Source: Trichosphaerium sp. ATCC 40318
Lineage: Eukaryota; Protista; Tubulinea
Length of the DNA stretch: 64,000 nt
NCBI GenBank assembly: GCA_038496445.1
Contig: JALMLS010000093.1
Coordinates: forward strand, 434,001 to 498,000
Reading direction: 5' to 3'
Under the pieces are notes generated by a model. That model was given only the letters and a program-made list of their open reading frames with translations, was not told the DNA's origin and ran no database searches. The translations under genes were made by a program, and so were the position numbers. This document shows positions 58,101 to 64,000 of this stretch, one piece after another. The stretch's first letter is position 1. Every line of letters starts with the position of its first letter.

Positions 58101-60839
58101 ACCTAGGCCTATTGTAATGCGTCCAGTACATGAAGTGATAACGCTACAAAATCATGGATCACAGCCAGTAAAGTTTAAGTTCAATTCACCGTTTAATTGG
58201 GGAAAGCATAATGATTATTTACTTTCTTTCTATCCGCCTTCAGGTTCGTTCTAAAAAATATCACGTGATTACTGATTTTTGACAAAAAATGTTAATTAGG
58301 TATTGCTCAAAGTAGAGAATCTATTACTATAAATGTAGAGTTGATAGCAACGAAGCCTCTTGATACAGACAGAATTTGTTCTGTGCATCTAAATGGTAAC
58401 AAAACGATAAAAAGCGAAAACACCCAGTAACTTACTCAAGCCTAGTCGCAAATGAAACCTTTTGCTTCGCCCTTCCTCTACGTATTAAAACAGAGCCGTT
58501 CATACCACTTTTATTAAGGTATGATGTCAGAAAGATCAGTAATTTTGCGAAAGAAAAAATGCTTTCATTCGAAATAGAAGTCCAGATGCTTACATTTTTT
58601 AGAGCTTGCGCCAAAAAAGAAATTACAGATGAAGAGAGATCAAACCTATATCAATTTCTTCTTACTGATATAAAATCTGCAAAGGAATTACAAGATACAG
58701 CGCATAAGATACTTGCTGAGAACAGAAATCAAATCAAACGTGTTGCAAAAGATTTCGATGCACTGCGTTTTGTAAAAGTACTCCAACATACAAGGCTACT
58801 TTATTTTTTACTAAATCTTTACTCTATAGCTATCAAAGTATCACTTGGACTTTGGCCTAGGACCGAACGATATTGCTGAAGTGTGTTCTGTATATGAAGG
58901 CACGTGATAACAAATTTATTTACATTATAAATGACATGTTTTGACTTCGTTCTATTTTTAGATGCTATTGAAGTTTCTAATTTAAGTAATACTGAAGTTA
59001 CTGTTTGTGTTAATGGTGGAGTACCTTCTGATTCGACGAGTGTATATAGGATACGTGTGTATCCACGTCTTAAAGTTATTCCAGCGGTACATCTTTTTTA
59101 CCTTCTCACTGCAATTTTAATTCAAGCACTCACTGTGTTCAAGGGCAAAACTGTGACTATCGCAGTACATGTAATATTCTTCAAAAAGAGGCCAAAAACG
59201 CAGCATATCTTCCGGTTTGATGTTGAGGGTACTACCGCGAAAGTACTTGAAGATTTTTGACATTTTCCATTTAAGGTGTTGGCGTATTTTTTGTTTCGTT
59301 CACGCTAAAGAGTGAATGGCCTCAGAATGAGATGCGTGCCATAGAGATACCATTCAAGAAATTAACTGGAGGAACTTTCCTTGGTGCAGGTGGTAGTTCG
59401 GTTGTAGAAAAGGTCCGGACTTTGTTAAACACGTTGTATCAGATCTAACAACTTCTCATTAGATTAATCTTGATGGTGAAGAGGTTGCTGTAAAGCGTTT
59501 TAAAATCGCAGAGGAATGGGATAAAGAAATACTTGGAGAGTTTACACGAGAAATAAAGATAATGAGGCACGTGATCATAACGATTGAAAGAGTTAATGAT
59601 GATTCTTATTTTATTTTTTTTTAGTATTTTAAGCAGTCCTTATATTGTTTCGCTCAAGGGCGTTTGTACAGAATTCCCAAACTTATGTGTTGTTATGGAA
59701 TATTTACCAATGGGTAATTTACGTGAGCTATTGTACGATTCAGATCATCCCATCGACTTTGCTTTTGGTATGAAGGAAAACTGCTCAAGACGTGTTTTTT
59801 CTCACAAGTTTGTTTAGTTCTGAAACTAGCTTTGGATGTTTCCAAAGGAATACACTACTTACATATGCTTCGCATTCTTCACAGAGACTTAAAGAGTGAG
59901 AACTTATTGGTGCGTTATTTATAACAACAAAGCACATTCAGAGAGTGTAGCCTTCCAACTACACTATTGATAAAAAACTTTAATTTTAATGTTGATGTGC
60001 TGACGGGCTTGTAGGTAAAATCTGTGGATAGGAATGTAAAGGTCAATGTTGTGGTTACAGGTAAGAGATATTCGTTTATACAAAACCAACACCTTTTGCT
60101 AGATTTCAACATATCAAAAATAGTTGATAGAAAAAAGAAGCGTTTGACAAATATTGTTGGAAGTATATTTTGGACTTGTCCTGAGATATTAGATAGCGCG
60201 CCATATACAGAAAAATGTGATATTTATTCACTAGGAATTATAATGTACGACTTTAAGTAATAGAAAAAATCAAGTATATTTTGTGGTGACCTTCAGTCAC
60301 AAACGAACAAAATGGAAAATCGAATAACCAAACAAGATTAATTTTTTTTCAAAGGTGGGAGCTTATACATCGCCAAAAACCATATGTTGGCATGAACTGG
60401 CAAGCTGAAGTACATAAATATGTAGTAAGTGGAGGAAGACCAAAGATAAAGCCAGTAGTAAAGGATATATCAACAGGGTTTATTCAATTAATGCAACGTA
60501 TGTTAAAAAAGAAAACATTGACTTGGTTGAGTTACTCATAAGTTATAGGGTGTTGGGACGAAGATCCAGATAAGAGACCAGGAATAGAAGAAGTGGCCTT
60601 TTTCATAGAAGCAGAGAAAATGAGGGGAGAAGCTTTTAAACGCGGGGTATTAACAAACGTTCTTCTCAAGGTTTCTCACTTTTTTCTAGTTCGTTTCGAA
60701 AGACATGAAAATCCGCAGTAGAAGCACTGGAGAGTTTAGAAATCTTATAAGCTCACCACAAGCAGGTGAAAAGCGTAATAGGACAACATCTCCAGAGCAA
60801 AGCAAGCTTCCTATAATATCACCAAAGGATGCAGCCTAA
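55168..60839 (+). CDS. RhoGEF (DH)-PH-FYVE + Ig-like + TKL protein kinase (probably one gene)
   Basis: DH: ELLDSESSFV...LVIPLQRVPQYKIL. PH: RFLLKAGKL...FFLFRDMLLY. FYVE: WQPD...CSIC...RRHHCRICG..IC..CS. In-frame splice 57431 to 57691 leads into the kinase part: GAGGSS, VAVK, HRDLKSENLL, DFN, WTCPE. Confidence 0.8.
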
Positions 60840-61199
60840 AAACAGACAAAAAAGATTTGACAACAAAAACCCTTTCTTTTTTTTGTGTAAAATGTGAAAT
60901 ATAAAGCAATAGATAGCGTAAAATATGATATGTAAATTTAGGCACCTACCAACTATGATCTAGCTGTTGTTTACTTGTAATAATAAGCTCAATGTAAGTC
61001 AACGCAATTAAAGTACACGGTATTTCACTTGAACGATTGAGCAATACTCCTTGCCCAATATATCGTATCAAGAAATCTAGATAATGTTAAACAAATAGGA
61101 ATCAATGAGCATTGCCAAACTGACTGTTTGGTTTCTGTTATTTTGACTGATTGATTTCTTGATTGACAATCAACTTAGAATTTTTTAACAAACTTCAAC

Positions 61200-61769
61200 A
61201 TGGCAAGCAGCATATCAATAATTACTCTTCTTTTCATTATATCCTTTACCAATGAAGTTGCTTCAGTTTCATGTACAAACTTTGAAATCTACTGTGAACG
61301 TATGGCATTCCGCTGTTGTAATTGACTCTAACATTGTATCTAGCCGGTAAATATGCTGGCGGATGTTACAACCCTCAGAGGAACAGCTGTAACAATGGAA
61401 ACATAGAATGCTTGATAGGTGAGAGCCTCTGCAGCGGTAAGTTTACTCAACTACTTCAATCAGCTGAACTGTTTTCTTCAAGCATCTATTTTGGGAACAG
61501 GAGGCTGCTTTAACTCAAAAATGAAACAGTGTATCTTGGGAAGTGTGAAACGAATCACGCCATCTTTGATTGTGTATTTTGTACTTGGTGGAGTCCTCTC
61601 ATGTGTCGGGTGACTTGTTACTTTTATAGTACTTTATTGACCTTATTGTAGGTATGTTGGTATTTTCTTTGCTAGTATTTGGGCTTTCAAAAGATACAAG
61701 AAATATCAACTATCACTCAAGGATCAAGAAATAGTAATGGGCCATGTAGAAGGCGTTAGCACTTCGTAA
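61200..61769 (+). CDS. Small Cys-rich single-pass membrane protein
   Basis: Signal peptide; repeated GGCYNPQRNSCNNG / GGCFNSKMKQC; C-terminal TM segment followed by FKRYKK. Confidence 0.65.
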
Positions 61770-62020
61770 ACATGTTTAAGCTCCGTATCAACATTGTAAA
61801 TTAAAGGTCAATAAACAAAAGTAGAGTCGCGTTCTTGTTGGGATCTAATTGCCAACATACAAACAGAACCAATCACACTGGGGTGTTATAAAATTGTTAC
61901 GGTTTTGGACAACAGTTACTTTGGTCAAGTCTCCACAAGTTAAGCTGTCTCAATGATAATGATACAAGTAGCTATAACGTGCGTATACTCAGGCTTCATA
62001 TGAAGAAAAGAAGTATTTAT

Positions 62021-63757
62021 TTAGGAACGACAATGAAAATACAAATAAACTGGAGTGATAACAAACAGCACCAATCCAATCGCAGAAACTACACCAATGA
62101 TGGCAATGATACCTGCCTCAAGACTATTACCTTGGCAATCATCTTCGATTAACCATAGTACAGATAGTTTTGTTTCTGTCTGCATCAGAGAAAAGTCATT
62201 GCATGAATCTTCAACCCGACTTGAAACATTTGTTTGTTGAATGATTGAAGAGTCACAACCTGATGGAATTATCATGATTGTATGAGTAGACGCGATATTG
62301 GAGTCAATCAGAATGATATTCAGAGTATCATTGAAGGACGGACACTTTTGAAATGTGAGTGTTGCCATATTTGAGAGAAGTACTGTTGTGTTCTCTGTCA
62401 TGTTTACATTTCCTAAACAACCATAAATTGTTGTCTACCAAGAGCAATATTGAGTCATACCTTGGAACACGACTGACGTCTCAATAAGAATCTGTGATAT
62501 TGATTGCATCATAACATCATTGTCTACAATCCAAATACCATTTATTTCGTCACACTCAGCGCCTGGAGGCTTGACACCATTACATACTATAATAGTTGTT
62601 AGAAATAGTGCCGTAAAGCATGTAGGTACTTTTGACTTACATTGTACAGATGGAGTTGATATTGGAATGTTATTTTCTGCGTTAGAAGGAGCGATTGTTG
62701 TGTCAGTTGGAGGCATTGTAGGAAGACATTTTCCGCTTGAACCTGCATTGTAAATCTGTTGTATTTGTGCTTTACTCAGTGCATTATCTTTGTAGAAAGA
62801 CACCTATCAATTCAAATGTTACTTGAAAAATTGTACAATGATCTTTGATATGTACCTCGTCTATTATGCCTCTGAAATGATATTGACCTTCGTTATCAGA
62901 ACCAATAACTATCTTTGTGGAGTTGTTTGTAACCAGTATACCAGTTAAGGTTGTATTGTACTCTATACCATCTAAAAAACAAAAAGTTAATAAAAACGTG
63001 AAGCAACTCGAAAATAACGCACTGAAGTATGCAAGAATGTTTCCTCTACCTGTGGTAGCATCCCTAATAAAGTGAGAAGCTAAAACGGGTAAATACAAGC
63101 CTTACTTGACATAAGAAATAGCCACGTGATTCCAAGTGTTAGTGAGAGTCAATGTAAGTAGATTACGTCTCAGTGCAAATACATTTACTAACCTTGGCTT
63201 TAGTGTATTTAGAATTGAGTATCGCACTTACCAAATTTGTGGTGAATGACAAGACTATCAAACTCATCTATAAACAAGCTGAAACCTGCTTCATCCTCGT
63301 GGTGTATAAGATACTGTCTTCTGTCAAGTCTATCAATATTTATCCACATCTCAACCGTGAAACTCTCGTCTAACAAAACAAAATATAAGTAAGTATTTTT
63401 ACAAGATGACATCTAGTTCTCAGGTGAGTATAAAATAAGAAACGCACTTTGGATTATTCCAGTTTTATCTAAAACTAACGCAGCATTATTGTCCAAACGT
63501 AAACCATCTCCAACGCGTCCCTGTTACGCCGTAAGTTGTTTTTCAGTTTCGTAAACAATACGTACTTCAACTTTAAAAAAGTCGGTGGGATGTACTCCAG
63601 AAATCGCCCCAAAGCGCGAGTACAATGCGTCATAGGTGCCATTTGAAGCAATTGATTCGAATCGCCACCAGCCTGTCATATTTTGTTCCAAAGGCACGCA
63701 TTGAGCGTTGGCAAGCGCAATAATGATCCCAAATAGTACTGCTAACGAGATTGCCAT
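62021..63757 (-). CDS. LamG/concanavalin-A-like domain single-pass membrane protein
   Basis: Signal peptide; GWWRF; FTVEMWI; WNHVAI; IGSD...HFRGIIDEVSFYK.ALS..QIQQIYNAG; C-terminal TM segment. Confidence 0.85.
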
Positions 63758-64000
63758 AAAAACAGTTATCACGTGATGTAACGTTAACCTGTAGGTTACA
63801 AAATTGGAATTTTTATTTATTTTATCAATAAACCGACTAGCGGAGTGATAATTAGTCCGCAATTAAAAAGATAACTTTAGTTATCCATGTGACAGAACAA
63901 AACTTATTGGTTTTTTTTATTTACAATGAAAAGCAAAGCAAGCGCGTCATCAAACGAGTATGAATGGTGTATAGCGCAATTGCGAGGTCTACTAAGGTTG

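Overview
Gene-dense, AT-rich eukaryotic nuclear DNA with many short spliceosomal introns (mostly about 34-100 nt), read in the standard genetic code. It is probably an amoebozoan: CYFIP has a polyproline tail, there is an ankyrin-PARP-like gene and a TKL kinase, and a DUSE-like snRNA promoter is present. By hand-splicing I reconstruct about 24 protein genes: Fe/Mn-SOD, an atypical Rho, an EEP hydrolase, a tandem GH113, PLB1-like lipase, F-box/LRR genes, a SAM-globin-PH fusion, a Zn-PLC-like protein, ANK-DH-PH-PH, a MORN protein, a GH-like secreted protein, PX-vWA-RhoGAP, ANK-PARP, CYFIP, PCYOX1, WDR33, INTS14, GSTZ, DH-PH-FYVE-kinase and a LamG membrane protein, plus several pseudogenes. The most unusual signals are: (1) at least 11 GC-AG introns sharing a GCAC(G) donor, alongside a roughly 10-fold excess of the CACGTG palindrome; (2) a ~300-nt structured RNA candidate behind a DUSE-like promoter with an Sm-like site; (3) a ~230-nt structured RNA candidate inside a CYFIP intron; (4) the SAM-globin-PH fusion. 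All exon boundaries, counts and folds are manual and need RNA-seq or computational confirmation.
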